Below are positions 1 to 16,130 of a DNA stretch of 64,000 nucleotides, piece by piece. The position numbers were made by a program, and so were the translations under genes. Under the pieces are notes generated by a model, which worked only from the letters and a program-made list of their open reading frames with translations, made no database searches and was not told the DNA's origin. Every line of letters starts with the position of its first letter. The stretch's first letter is position 1. Source of the stretch: the human T2T-CHM13v2.0 reference genome, Homo sapiens; NCBI RefSeq assembly GCF_009914755.1, contig NC_060941.1, one strand, 5' to 3'.

Positions 1-60
1 CTAGCCTGAGCGACAAGAGCGAAACTGTCCCCCCCGAAAAAAAAAAGAGAGAGAGAGAGA
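1..60 (+). mobile_element. Alu 3' end with A tail and (GA)n
   Basis: agcctgagcgacaagagcgaaact followed by an A run and a GA repeat. Confidence 0.8.
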
Positions 61-209
61 AAATTCTTGAGCACATTACTCTGGATGACCAATTTATTAC
101 TGTGCTGTATAGCTGGTGTGGAACATAGGCTGAATTTGTACCAACCCCAGAACAACCACTGGAACTTACTGTCTTTAATTAAATCTCTTTTCAATTTGCT
201 TGGTCTTAC

Positions 210-405
210 AGAGTAGTTAAAGTCAGACCGGCTTGGTTTAGATTTCATCTCAGCAATGGATTAGCCATGTGACCTTGGGCAAGTTACTTAACTTCACAGT
301 AAAATGGGGATAATATGGTTGTGAGGATTAAAGGACATAATCAATAGAAAGCATTAGCACAGTGTCTGGCACACATCTCACCATGAATGTTAGGTACTAA
401 TATTA
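210..405 (+). mobile_element. MIR SINE
   Basis: Core tgtgaccttgggcaagttacttaac...gtaaaatggggataat...gttgtgaggattaaa...gcacagtgtctggcaca. Confidence 0.85.
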
Positions 406-659
406 TCTTTTTCTGCTCAAAGAGGCATTTGGCAGTGTTCGACCATGTGAGCAATCACTCAATAGTTATCAGTGTAACTGAGCCTCACTAGTCTTCAGTG
501 TTTTTTACTTTTTTATTAGTATTTGGATTCTTTATATAATTTAAATTAACTAATTGTTCTGGAAAGTGTTATAGTTTACTAATACTTACAATGCAGTGTT
601 GGCCTCTTACGACGCTATGGAAAGATGGCTACAGATTTCCTTATTGCTATACCCAGCTA

Positions 660-1050
660 CTACCTCCTTGAAGCGTTTAACTTTTCCTTGAAATACTTTT
701 CTTTGGCTTGGTGACACTACCTGTGCTGTTTGGGTTCTCCTACCTTTCTGATCTCTTCTCTGGTTCCTTTTGTATCCTCTCAATGTAAATTTCATTCCGT
801 TTAGAATCCTGTCCTCAGGTTGCGTTTTCTCAATATAGTCTCTCCTTGGCACTGTCACTTACTCTGATAACCCTAACTATTGCCTCTAAAATAACAGACT
901 TCCAGCTGTATTCTAGCTCCAGTAAACTCCTGAGTACCATGCCTTTGTAGCTTCAGCACCCTAAACTCTACTTTTCAGAAACTAAATGAATATCTCCTTC
1001 CTCTCCACACACCACCCCAAACACGTAAACTTAGTCCCCAGTCACCTTGG
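660..1050 (+). mobile_element. Degenerate L2 fragment
   Basis: cttggcttggtgacactac...ggttctcctacctttctg resembles the L2 3' region. Confidence 0.5.
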
Positions 1051-1109
1051 TGTTACATGTTGGTAATTTAAACTTGAACTGTGGAAGTGATTTCAAAGAC
1101 ATCGTCTGA

Positions 1110-1521
<412 letters not shown>

Positions 1522-1629
1522 TTCTCTCTTTTAGAATTTCTACTGTATTAGGAAATACATCTTTTATGTTGGTGGCAATGATATGTAAGGAAGAAGGGAA
1601 GTTACTTAAGGAAATCTCACCATGAGTTA

Positions 1630-2530
<901 letters not shown>

Positions 2531-3070
2531 ATGACTGATTTGGATGGGTGGGAAAATTGTAAGTAAATGTCTTTTTTGTTTTTTTTCTTTTCTTTAAGGC
2601 AAAAGGTCCTAGAGAGTATTTCTGTAACGGGTACTCTACTGTCTTTTTCAGAGTTTGCTCTATAGCTTTAAATGAAGTGATTAAAGGAAAGCTAAACTTC
2701 AGTCATAATAAGTTGACCTTTTAGTGCAATGCATGTTATTAATGTATTTAATGAGATGCATTACAAACTGCAGTGAGCACCATGTTTCATTACAGGTCTA
2801 AAATGCAATATCATTAAAGACCTTTAATAGAAACAATGGTTGTCATTTTGATATTTCCCGTAAGCAAAACATCCAAGAACACAGCATAATGTAATATAAA
2901 TACAGAGAAAGTATTAAGATTTTTTACTTTCCTAAGAGTATGAAAACAGATTTCACTATTAATAAATTATATTTTGTTTGCACCCTGTTATCTTCCCATT
3001 TCATACTTACACTCTCATATCTTTGTGGTCCTTGCCCAAAAGCCCCAATTATTTTGACTTGACTAGACTA

Positions 3071-3404
<334 letters not shown>

Positions 3405-4372
3405 TAATAGATACCTTAAATAATAATGTTTTAAATTTTGCGTAAGCTGTGGGAAATCATGGAGTCTTGATAATGTTTTGTTTTTAAAGTTTTACTTATT
3501 TTTAAGTAGGCAGTACATTCACATAGTTCAAAATTCAAAAATACTAAAGACTATATATACAGTGATAATCCTGTACCCCTGCCGCCCAGTACCCTGTCCC
3601 ACAGGCAACCAATTTTATCACTGAAATCCCCCCCTTTTAAATTACTTAGTTGCCTTAGGTGACAAATCCATAAATGATTATTTCGGAGTTCTCTCAGTTA
3701 ACACTTTATGGGTTCTTGGCAAAGTTCTCACAATGTTCTGTAGAACCTTGAAATATTTTTAATTACTTGGGATGGGTTTAAGTATTGCTTGGGATAAAGG
3801 CACTTGCAACCCCCTCTAATTGTAACATTGTGTAGGCTTAAGGACCCTTATTGCTGCAGACTTCATCTAGCCAAGATGATGTGAGTAAGATTGATCTTTT
3901 TGCTTCAGCTGATGGCTATCATTTTTTAAAATAGCTTCAGTGTTCTAATTATAAAAGTATGTCATGCTTATTTCAAAGATCGGAAAATACATAGAAGCAT
4001 AAAGAAGAAAATAAGGATTAGCTGTAATCCTACTGCCCAGAGATAACCATAGTTGTCATTTTGATGAATATCCTTCCAGACCTTTTCGCGTGCACACACA
4101 CACACACCACACACTTTTTAAAACAGAAAATGGAATCATATAAGTATGTACTATTTTCAAGCTTATTTTTCCTACTTAATATTTCATGTCAGTATATTTA
4201 GATGTACATCAGCATTTTTAGGAGTTGAAGTATTCCTTTTTATAGATTTACTGCAATTTAGTTAACCAATCTGTATTGATGGGTGCTTAGGTTTATTCTA
4301 GCTATTCACTTGTATAAAACATGCTTTAATAAACATCCTTGTACATACATATTTGTGCAGTTTGTCTAAAAA

Positions 4373-4672
4373 TAGCACTGTCCAGTAGAAATATAATGCA
4401 AGCCACATGTAATTTAAAATTTTTTAATAACCACATTTTAAAAAAGAAACAGTTAAAATTAATTTTAGACATATTGAACCCAATATATCAAAGATACTAT
4501 AATTTCAATATGTGATCAATATAAAAATCTTAATGAGATATTTTACATTCCTTTTTTCATGTTAAGTCTTTGAAATCCAGAGTATATTCTATAATCACAG
4601 TTCATCTCAATTGGGACTAGACACATTTTGAGTGCTTAGTAGCCACGTGTAGCTAGTGGATACTGTATCATA
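4373..4672. mobile_element. MER33-like hAT-Charlie DNA transposon fossil inside old L1ME sequence
   Basis: gcactgtccagtagaaatataatgcaagccacatg ... gtgcttagtagccacgtgtagctagtggatactgtat termini. Confidence 0.8.
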
Positions 4673-4731
4673 TTGCCCAGATCTATATTCCCTGGAAATG
4701 TAGTTGCTGGGACAAAGGACTTGTACATTGA

Positions 4732-5031
4732 TTTTTTTTTTTTTTGGAGACAGAGTTTTCACTCTTGTCGCCCAGGCTGGAGTGCAATGGCAGGATCTCG
4801 GCTCACTGCAACCTCTGCCCCGCCGGGTTTAAGCAATTCTCCTGCCTCAGCCTCCTGAGTAGCTGGGATTACAGGCATCCACCACCGTGCCTGGCTAATT
4901 TTTGTGTTTTTGGTAGAGACTGGGTTTCACTGTGTTGGCCAGGCTGGTTTTGAACTCCTGACCTCAGGTAATCTGCCTGTCTCAGCCTCCCAAAGTGCTG
5001 GGATTACAGGCGTGAGCCACGGTGCTGGGCC
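4732..5031 (-). mobile_element. AluS with TSD
   Basis: Full Alu; cttgtacattg duplicated. Confidence 0.95.
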
Positions 5032-5622
5032 TTGTACATTGTTTTTTTAAAAAGGCTTTTGGAATATATTGCCTAACTAGCCCCTGGAAGAATTGTAACA
5101 ATTTAAATTCTCATCTGTAACAGTTGTTTTCCTACACTCCTGCCTCCACTAGGTATTATTGATCTTCTTTTTGCTAAACTGTAGGTGGGAAATGAAGGCA
5201 ATCATTTCTTGATAAGTTTCTGTTTGGTATTTACATAATACCTGTTAGCACTGAAATAACATATGCAGTGTTTTATCTATTTATTAGAGAGTGAGTTCTG
5301 TGTAGGAAGACTTTTTGTCCCTTTTGAGCTACTACTTTGTCCAACTTAGTTAATTAGGCATTTATATAATGTAGAGAGTAAAGCTGGATCACAGAGCAAG
5401 AACTTTTCCAAAGTCACCAAGTGGTGGAATGAGGAGGGGAGTGTCAGATTCTTATGCACTGATTCTACCTACCCTAAGAGTATAAGCCCTAAATGGGTCA
5501 CAGACCTGTGTGAGCTAAGGGCAGCTTAAAAACTACTGATACCAATCTAGCTAGAAAATGCATTTCACTGTTTTGGGGTTGGGTTTCTTAGGAGTGAGAG
5601 TTGTCTTCAGCATCAGAAACAA

Positions 5623-5692
5623 TTTTTTTTTTTTTTTGACTGCTCCATAGACAGAGCAGGGCTATCCCATAGGCAGAGTGGCCCAGAGTAGC
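5623..5692 (-). mobile_element. Short (55 nt + A15) retroposed RNA copy, probably ERV1-LTR derived
   Basis: T15 at 5623-5637, body 5638-5692, imperfect TSD tcagaaacaattttt / tcagaaaaataattttt, TT|AAAAA site on the minus strand. Confidence 0.7.
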
Positions 5693-5896
5693 TCAGAAAA
5701 ATAATTTTTAATAGTAATGAGTTAGATAAGAAAGTAGCCCTGACTTGGAGTAGCTAGTAGCTCCATAGTAGGATCACTGTGTCACTATATTCATGGTGAA
5801 GTTGTACATATCATTGCACAATGGAACCTCTTTATATGTACATTTAATTAACTCAAACGTAACTATATGTGCCTGGCCAAAAGAAAAAGAGGGAGA

Positions 5897-6250
<354 letters not shown>

Positions 6251-6819
6251 TCAGTGAGCGTAGGGTATGCATGAGATGGCAGGTGGATTCTTTTATTGCC
6301 TTGGTTATTTTTTGTTCTTGGGTACCTCTTTAGTGAGCATCGATCAACAGAATATCAATCTAGTGCTTAAAGTTACAACATGCAGTCTTTGTACAGGACG
6401 GTCCCTAAATTGAATCATCTGTGTTTAATTGACAAAGTGCTGTATGGGCTAATGTTAGAGGGGAAAGACTGGCTGTGTTGAACTTATTGAAAGATAGCAC
6501 AATGCCACACATTATGTACAATATAAGGGATTTTCAAAGTGGTTTTGTCAAAACTTGATTTTTTGCTTTATGCTTAGACTTTAGAACCCAACTGCTGCAT
6601 AAGATGATACTCTATTGTTTATGTCTTAAAACCTGTTCTTAAATTGTTTTTTTAAAATCACACAGGAGTAAGATAAATATACAGAAGCCTTCAGGAAGAC
6701 AGTACTCCTTTGACTGACATTCAGTCTCATTTTATTTGTTTTACTTCTGTAACTTTAGATAATTTCTTTATATCTCTGTCTTGATTTATTTATTCTCTGA
6801 TATGAAAGGTGAGACTGCT

Positions 6820-7585
6820 GCTAATGGAAGTAAGATGGGGATTGAGAACTGACTTATCTAGCAACATGGTGGGCATCCTTGACCTTGATGGAGTTTGGCA
6901 GGCTAGTAGGCTTACAGGCTTGACTGGAATGGGTTTAAGAGAGAATGGAGTGGCTGGGCACAGTGGCTCACGCCTGTAACCCTAGCACTTTGGGAGGCCA
7001 AGATGGGCAGATCACTTGAGCCCAGGAGTTCAGGACCAGCCTGGGCAACACAGTGAGACCCTGTCTCAATTTTTAAAAATTAATTTTAAAAAAGAAACAA
7101 AAAAAGAGAATGGGGAAAATGAAATAGTAAAGTATAGGCAACTCTTTGAAGGGTTGTTGCTTTAAAGGGGAGCAGAGAAATGGGGCATTGGATGGTGAAG
7201 GATGTGGTCAAAAGAGGGGTGTTTTGCTTTTTTTTTTTTTTTTTTTTAAGGTGAAGTATCAGCGTGTTTGCATGTTGATAGGAGTGACCCAGCAGAGAGG
7301 GGGAAATTGATGATGCAGGAGAGGGGGACATCTGTTGTCACAGTGTCCTATAGTGGGTGAGTGGGGATGGAGTGGAGATGGGCCAGTGCACAGGAGTGCC
7401 TTAGATAGCAATGTGGACCATCTCATGGTGGCGGGTGCCTGTAATCCTAGCTACTCAGGAGGCTGAGGTAGGAAAATCACCTGAACCCAGAAGGTGGAGG
7501 TTGCGGTGGGCCAAGATTGCGCCACCGCACTCCAGCCTGGGTGAAAGAGCAAGACTGTCTTTAAAACAAAACAAAACAAAAACCA
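6820..7585. mobile_element. Antisense L2 fragments with sense Alu monomers (6952-7068 left arm; 7425-7582 right arm)
   Basis: Alu monomer sequence is clear; the surrounding purine-rich sequence is L2-like. Confidence 0.7.
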
Positions 7586-8179
7586 ATAAACTGCATTTAC
7601 AGTGTATTACCATGTAAATAAGGTAGACTACTAGGACAGGGAAGAATTGGAAAATTGTGTTTTCTTCCCTGTTTTTTCAGTCATGGCTCCTAGGCCACTC
7701 AAAGGAGAATATTCCTAGTTTAGTTCAAGTTTTTAGTTGCTCTCCATTACCTGCTTAAAATCATGCTATTTTCAGTTCGCTTCCTATTTATTTATTTTTT
7801 CCCTTTTGCCCCCCTCCCCCCCACTGTAGCTCAGTTTTATCATCTCAATCCTTTTTTTCCTAAACTTTACATCATGCCATCTCTTGTGTTAAATTTTCCA
7901 TTTTGAGCTGGTTGTTCTCTAGGAGTAGTGCACAGCTGTGCTCTTGGGCCTTTCATTGCTCTTCTGGGGAGAGCTACCGCTTTCGGGTTTTCAGGCTCTC
8001 TTTTGTTATCTCAGTTTACTGTCAGTTTGCTGCCAAACATGCATCCAGAGTAAGTTATCTGAGTTCTTGTAGGTTTGAAAATACTGTGCCCTCATTCCTC
8101 ATTGATGTATTCTTGTTTGATTGGGTAGACCTTTCTAGATTGAAAATTACTTTCCCTCAGAATTAGAAAGTATTGCCTG

Positions 8180-8634
8180 TTACTGGTTTCCTCTTGCTGC
8201 TGTAACAAATTACCGCAAGCTTGGTGACTTAACAGCACACATTGATTATCGTATCGTTCTGGAGGTCACAAGTCCTAAAATCAAGGTGTCAGCAGGGCTT
8301 TGTTCCTGGAGGCTCTAGGGGAGAAATCTGTTTGCTTGCCTTTTCCAGCTTTTATAGGCGGCCACATTCTTTGCTCATGGTCCTCTTCCATCTTTAAAAC
8401 CAGCAATTCCATCTCTCCAACCTCTCCTTTCCTGACTCTGACCCTATTGCCTTCCTCTTATAAGGACCCTTGAGATCACATTGGACCACCTGGCTTATCC
8501 AGGATAATCTCAAGATCCTTAATTATATCTGCAAAGTCCTTTTGACTTTTTAATATGTTACTGACAAAGCCACATTCACATGTCTGGGGTTTAGGATGTA
8601 GATATCTTTGGGGGACCATTATTCAGCCTACTAT
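8180..8634 (-). mobile_element. MaLR LTR (MLT1-type)
   Basis: gctgctgtaacaaattacc...ttctggaggtc...aaatcaaggtgtcagcagggc...attattcagcctacta. Confidence 0.85.
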
Positions 8635-8749
8635 GTGCCTTATTGTCTTCTACCATCCCAGTGTTTTCCAGTGACAAGGTATGAATCTCATTCCTTTGTA
8701 GATGACTTATTTTTGGTCTCTGGACATGTTTGGGATCTTCTCTTCATTA

Positions 8750-9957
<1,208 letters not shown>

Positions 9958-10679
9958 CATTTTAAAATTTGTATCCAATACCTATATACAATTTAAAGAG
10001 TCAGATAATTCTAGGAAGCTTGTTATGAAAACCAGTAGTCTGCTGCTTGGGTGTATCACTTCTGTGCCATAACCCTTTCTCCTGAAGCAACAATTTTAAG
10101 TTATTTTGTTATATCTTTTTTTGTTTTTTGTTTTGAATCCATGGGTTTCTCTAATTAACATGGTTTGTTTCTACTTGACTTTTCAGTTTTAGGCATTACT
10201 TGTTGACTCCCCTTTATAAAAATGAAGATTTAGCTCTTATTCCTACTACACTCATGCATACTTTCTGGTTATGTTATTAATTTGTCCCTTTGTGGTTATA
10301 TTGTAGTTTGGTTAGATCAGTGTTCAGTATTTACATTATTATGTCTGTAAACACTTTTCACAGCTGAGCCATGTAATAAATACACTATGATTATTTTCCT
10401 TTCCCACACATTGTTTTGTTTTCTAGAGTTGATTGTTACATTTTTGTTTGAGTTTTCTGTGTAGTAATTCAAGCCCAAACTTTTCTCCAGTTAGCTAAAT
10501 CTCTTCTCAAGTCTAAAGTTGCATCAAATATTGTGCCAGTTGATGTTCCTTAAGTCTCTCCCAGAGCTTTTCGACCTGCTGTCATCTGGCCTGTTCACCT
10601 TCTCAGGTGTCCAGCTGTCATGCTGGGATGTGCCTTCACCGTCATCCTGGGTGTTACCTTAGCTTCTTGCTTCTGTGGA

Positions 10680-11290
10680 TCTCCTATTCCAGAGTCTTTC
10701 TTGGCTACTTCCAATTTTTGTTGCACATCCTCTCATAGCTTGCTGAGAAGGGGTGTGTGGGAGGTAAATTTTTTTAGACTTCAGTTGTCTTAAAATACCT
10801 TTATTCTATCATCACAATTGATGGTTTGTATATAGAATTCTATAGAATGTTACATTGTATTTCAGCTTCTAAAGTTGCAATTGGTAAGTCAGAAGCTGTT
10901 CTGATTCCAGACCTTGCCTTTTTTTTTTTTTTTTTCTTTTTGGAAACTGCAGACTTTTCTTTGTCCACAGAATTCTGAAATTTCATAATGATGCACCGTA
11001 GCGTAGATCTGTTTTTGTCTGTTGTCTGGAGCACTTGGAGGGCCTTTTCAATCTAGAAATTCATGTCTTTCAGTCCTGGAAAATCCTCTTGAAATTATTT
11101 TGTTTTTTACTATCTCCCCTGTGTTTCCTTTCTCTCTGTCCTCTCTCTTTCTGGAAGGCCTATTACTTGGCATCAGACTGTTTCTGTGATTCTTTTTCTC
11201 TTCAATTTTTCATCCCTCCCTCTCTCTTCTAAGACATTTCCTCAGCTTTATTTTCAGTACTTTCTATTGAGTTTTTAAATTTTTCTTCTA
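10680..11290 (-). mobile_element. Ancient L1/HAL1 ORF1 remnant
   Basis: ORF 10840..11034(-) NRSTLRCIIMKFQNSVDKEK...SGIRTASDLPIATLEA resembles the L1 ORF1p RRM/CTD. Confidence 0.7.
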
Positions 11291-11299
11291 TTTTTTTCT

Positions 11300-11962
11300 T
11301 TTTCTTTCTTTCCTTCTTTTTTTTTTTTTTTTTTGAGATAGGCTCTCACTTTGTCACCCAGGCTTGATCTTGATCTCAGCTCACTGCAGCCTTGGCCTCC
11401 TGGGCTCAAGCAATCCACCTGCATCAGCCCCACAAGTAGCTGGGACTACAGGTGCACGCCACCACGCCTAACTAATTCTTTGTAGTTTTTGTAGAGATGA
11501 GGTTTTGCTGTGTTGGCCAGGCTTGTCTTAAATTCCTGAGCTTAGGTGATCTACCTGCCTTGACTTCTCAAAGCACTGGGATTATAGGCGTAAGCTACCG
11601 TGGATGGCCTCTTCTATCATATTTTTATTTTATTTTATTTTATTGTTTGGGTTTTTTTCTTTTTTCTTTTTTCAAGAGAAGGTCCCACTCTGTCACCTAG
11701 ACCGGAGTACAGTGGTGTGATCATAGCTCACTGCAGCCTCAGACTCCTGGGCTCAGGTTATCTTCCTGCCTTAGCCTCCTGAGTAGCTAGGACTACAGGT
11801 GCATGCCATCCCATCTGGCTATTTTTTATTTTTAGTAGAGATGAGGTCTTGCTGTGTTGCCCAGGCTGGTCTTGAACTCCTGGCTTCGAGTGATCAAGCG
11901 ATCCTTCTGCCTCAGCCTCCCAAAGCGCTGACATTACAGATGTGAACTTTAGCGCCTGGCCT
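11300..11962 (-). mobile_element. Two tandem AluJ
   Basis: Two antisense Alu dimers (about 11300-11610 and 11620-11962). Confidence 0.9.
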
Positions 11963-12689
11963 ATGTATTTTTGTATGTGTTCTTCCTGCATAGTCTGTTT
12001 CCTCTAAGCTGCTTTTTTTGTTGTTGTTTTTTTGCTTTCGCTTTAACTCCTGTGTAACATGTTACATGTTTTTCTTGGATTTTTGGTGATCCTCTGCGGT
12101 CTCTGTTGATTTTTAAGTGTATCATACCAAAAAGTTGATTGGGAACTTTGTATGTTGGATGGGGCTTTTTGTCTATGGTTTCCATTGTAAAGCAATCTAT
12201 CTGCACCATTTTGGAAGAACTCCCAATGGCAGTGTCTTTAGATCTTTGCTCTTTATGAGATCAAAATCTAGAGGACTTCCAGTTTCCTGCCTGGTGGCCA
12301 ACATTCTAGGAGGTGGGTAGGCTTGGGGATCTAGGCATTCAGTCTGTAAACTTCAGCTTAGTCCCCCTGTTTTCAATATTATGCCTTTGCCCTCAACTAT
12401 GATCTGGAATCTCCCTGTCCAGAGACCCTCTCTTTAGCTCTCTTCAAGGATAAACCTCTAAATTTTGTCTAAATAAGAAGATATGATATTTTAACTGCTC
12501 CACTTGTTTTTAGGCCTGCTTTGATCTCCTTTTCTAGAGGTGCTGGGCACTGCCAGTTCCTGAGTCCTCTGCATTCTGTTTCTGGACTGTAAGTGAGGTT
12601 GCATCTGATTCTTCATTGCTAGCACCCCAGTCATCTTGCTTAGGTTAGCTAAGTCAGTTATTATTTGTCCATTTGCTTTTTCAAAAACT

Positions 12690-13345
12690 GGTTTGTTGAG
12701 ATATAATTGACATAATAAATTGCCCATATGTCCAGTGTGTAATTTGACATTTATATACACCCGGGAAACCATCACCAGTCAAGATAATGAACATATTCCT
12801 CATCCCCAGAAGTTTCCTCAGCCTCTTTATAATCTTTCCCTCCTGGCCTTCCCTATTTGTCCCTAGGCAACCACTAAATCTGCTGTCACTATGGGTTAGT
12901 TTGCATTTTCTAGAAATCTATATAAGTGGAATTATACAGTTTGTATCCTTTTTAGTCTGGCTTTTGCTCAGCATAATTATTTTGAGCATCCTCCATATTT
13001 TTTCTTGTGTCAGTAGTTCATTGCCTTTTGTTGCTGAGTAGTATCCCATTGTATGGATATACCACAATTTGTTTTGTTTCCAGTTTTTGGCTATTACAAA
13101 TAAATCTGCTACAAACATTTGTATAGATGTTTTTATATGGACATAGACTTTCATTTCTCTTGGGTAGCTAAGAATAGAATGGCTGAGTCGCATGGTAAAT
13201 GCATGTTTAACTTCGGAAACTGCCAAGCTATTTTCCAAAGTGGTTATACCATTTTGCAGTCCCACCAGCAGTGTATGAGATTTCTAGTTGCTCCACTTCC
13301 TCAGAACATTTGGTATGTTCTTAATTTTAAACATTCTAATAATTG
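12690..13345 (-). mobile_element. L1MB-type 3' end
   Basis: ORF 12918..13265(-) has L1 ORF2 C-terminal remnants (YPREMKVYVHIKT, LWYIHTMGYYSATKGNELL). Confidence 0.85.
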
Positions 13346-13449
13346 TATAGCTAGGTTACAGAACTGAGTTGCTATCCTGTCTCTCATTCTTTGCCTTTCT
13401 TTTGTGGGTTTACTCCTTTTAAAAGTTACTTTTTAAAAAAGTTACCTTA

Positions 13450-14940
13450 ATCAGTGGAATAGAATAGAGAGTTCTGAAACAAATTCATACAAATAATGGG
13501 CAGTTGACTTTTAAAGGTGCAAAGTCAAGTCAGTCAAGTCAGTGGAGAATGGATAGTTTCTTTCTTTCTTTTTTTTTTTTAAGAGACAGTGTCTTCCTCT
13601 TTTGTGGAGGCTGAAATGCAGTGACGATCATGGCTCACTGCAGCACTGAGCTCCTGGCTCATGCAGTCTTCCCACCCTAACCTCCTGAGTAGCTGGGACT
13701 GCAGGTGTATGCCATCATGGCCTGCTAAATTTTCTTTATTTTTCTTAGAGATGAGGTCTTGTTACGTTTCCCAGGCTGGTCTCGAACTCCTGCCCTCCTG
13801 CCTCGGCCTCCCAAAGTGCTGAGATTACAGGCATGAGCCACCATTCCCGGCCTGGATAGTCTTTTCAACAAATGGTGCTGGGACAATTGTGCACTCATTT
13901 GCAAAAAAAAAACTTCAACCTGTACCTCATACTTGATATAAAAATTAACACAAGACAGTCAATTTATATTAACTTAAATATAAATCATAAAGTGTTTTGA
14001 AAAACATATGGGAGAAAACTCTATGTCATTGGGTTAGGCAAAGAGTTTTTAAATACAATATCAAAAACATAATCCATAAAAGAACAAATTGATAATTGGG
14101 CCAAATCAGAATTAAAATCTTTTGCTCTGTGAAAGATATGTTAAAATAATGAAAAGATAAGCTATAGACCAAGAGGAAATGTTTGCAAATCACATAATTA
14201 ACAATCAGCTTGTGTCCAGAGTGTATAAAGAACTCTCAAAACTCAACAATAAAAAATACCCATTCAAAAAAAAATGGGCAAAAGATTGGACACTTTACCA
14301 AAGACAATATATGATAGCAAATAAGCACATGAAAAGAGATTTAACTTAATCATTAATGTTTAGCAAGATGCAAATTAAAACCACAAGGAGATACCTCTAC
14401 ATACCTATTAGGCCAAACACAAATACACACCTGACAACACCAAGTGCTGGGAAGAATGTAGAGCAACTGGAGCTTTCATACATTGCTGATGGGAATGCAA
14501 AATAGTACAGCCACTTTGGAAAAACAGTCTGGCAGTTTTTAAATAAAGCTAAACATATATTCATCATACGAGCCTGATCCAGTAGTCTCTGTCTTAGATA
14601 TCTGCCCTAGAAAAATGAAGACATACATTCACACAAAGTCTTGTACATGCACGTTCATAGCAGCATTATTTATAATCACCAAAAACTGGAAACAGCCCAA
14701 ATGTCCAAATGTGCAACAAATTGTACATTAGTCAGCAATAAAAAGGAATAAACTATTGATACATGCAAAAACGTGGATGAACCTCAAGGGTATTATACTA
14801 AGTGAAATATGCCAGCCTCAAAAGATTTTATACTTGGAAATTCCATTTATATGACATTCTGGAAAAGGTAAAATTATTGGGACAGATCAGTGGCTACCAT
14901 GGATTAGGAATGGGAGAAAGGTCCGAGTGCAAAGAGGCAG
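13450..14940 (+). mobile_element. L1M (MC/MD-type) ORF2-3' fragment with an antisense AluJ inserted (13560-13852)
   Basis: cttttcaacaaatggtgctgggacaa, aaagaactctcaaaactcaacaat, caaaaactggaaacagcccaaatgtcc; tggatagt flanks the Alu. Confidence 0.85.
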
Positions 14941-15379
14941 CCCAGCTTTCTTCTTTGTTTTCTATGAGTTTCTATTTTCCTCTCCACTAATCTTGTTTCC
15001 TTGGAGTATTTTCCACCTGTTTTCCACAGTGGCTCTCTGTTGAACCCTTCAGCCTGGCTTGATTGTTGTGTACGTTTTGCTTGGATTGAGGGAGGGGGTA
15101 TATGTGTGCTTATTCCCAGATAACTCTGGGAATATTTCTTATGGTAATGGATACATGATACAGTACTTCTAGGGATAGAGGAATGGGCCACATCAACCTA
15201 TAATGTCATTTTTGCTTGAAATATATATCCTTGGTACTGAAACCTTACCCAGAAGAGAATAATAGATTACACAGAGCTTCTAGATTTTGATGTGGGTTAG
15301 AACTGAAAAATGAGATGTCTTTAAACTCTTTTTCCTTCTCTCTTTGATAAGTGATATAATGTGGTTTGGACACTCAGAG

Positions 15380-16130
15380 ATTCCTGAGATTCCAGGTTCT
15401 GGTTGATGATTTACTGCAAAATTGCTTATAAATTGAAGTAGAAAATGTTTTGCAGACCTGGCAGCTTTCTGGCTTCACACCCATTTGTCACCCAGCATTT
15501 CCCTTTGTGTATAGAACAAGAATTAATTAGGCTGCACTGCAGGAAAAGTTTATGGCTATAATTTATATAGGATGAATTTTTTTTTAAAGAGACAGCATTG
15601 TTTTGTTACACCTATATACATGTAAGTGTGTGTGTATAGAAAGTGTTTTTTTCCCCCTCTTAAAGCAGTGTCTGTAAGCTTCTGGAGTAAACATTTTTTT
15701 TTTTTCCTAATGCAAGATGATAGTGTAATAGATGCATTTATCATGATTGCTGTCTGATGAAACTGTTGGGGTTTTTTGTTTGTTTCTTGTTTTTTAATTC
15801 ATTGTTTACTAGTGAGAACACTCAGTTTTAGGTTTACATTTTAGACATTGGTCAGACTTGTCTGGTTTCCAGAGCTTTGTATTCTTTCTGTCTCTTGGAA
15901 GACTCGGGATTCTGTCTTTTTTAGGGTCTTGCTCATTCAATTAATGTTTTCATAATCAATGCAAGTCAGAACTTGCAATTTGTTCCTGATTTGCACATTA
16001 AAGAGCTCCATTAATTAAGAATCTTGGTGTTTGGCATGTTCCCGCAGGATCTGTGCATTATTTACATGGTGAAAGTGCAAGATGCAAGTTTCTCAGTTGT
16101 AGGGGCAATTGCAGTTAATCCTGCTTTTTC
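15380..16130. promoter_or_regulatory. Candidate conserved non-coding enhancer blocks (15380-15580, 15900-16130)
   Basis: Repeat-free; TGATTTAC 15407, TGTCA 15486, AATTAATTAG 15521, TTTATGG 15549, TTAATTAA 16011. Confidence 0.5.
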
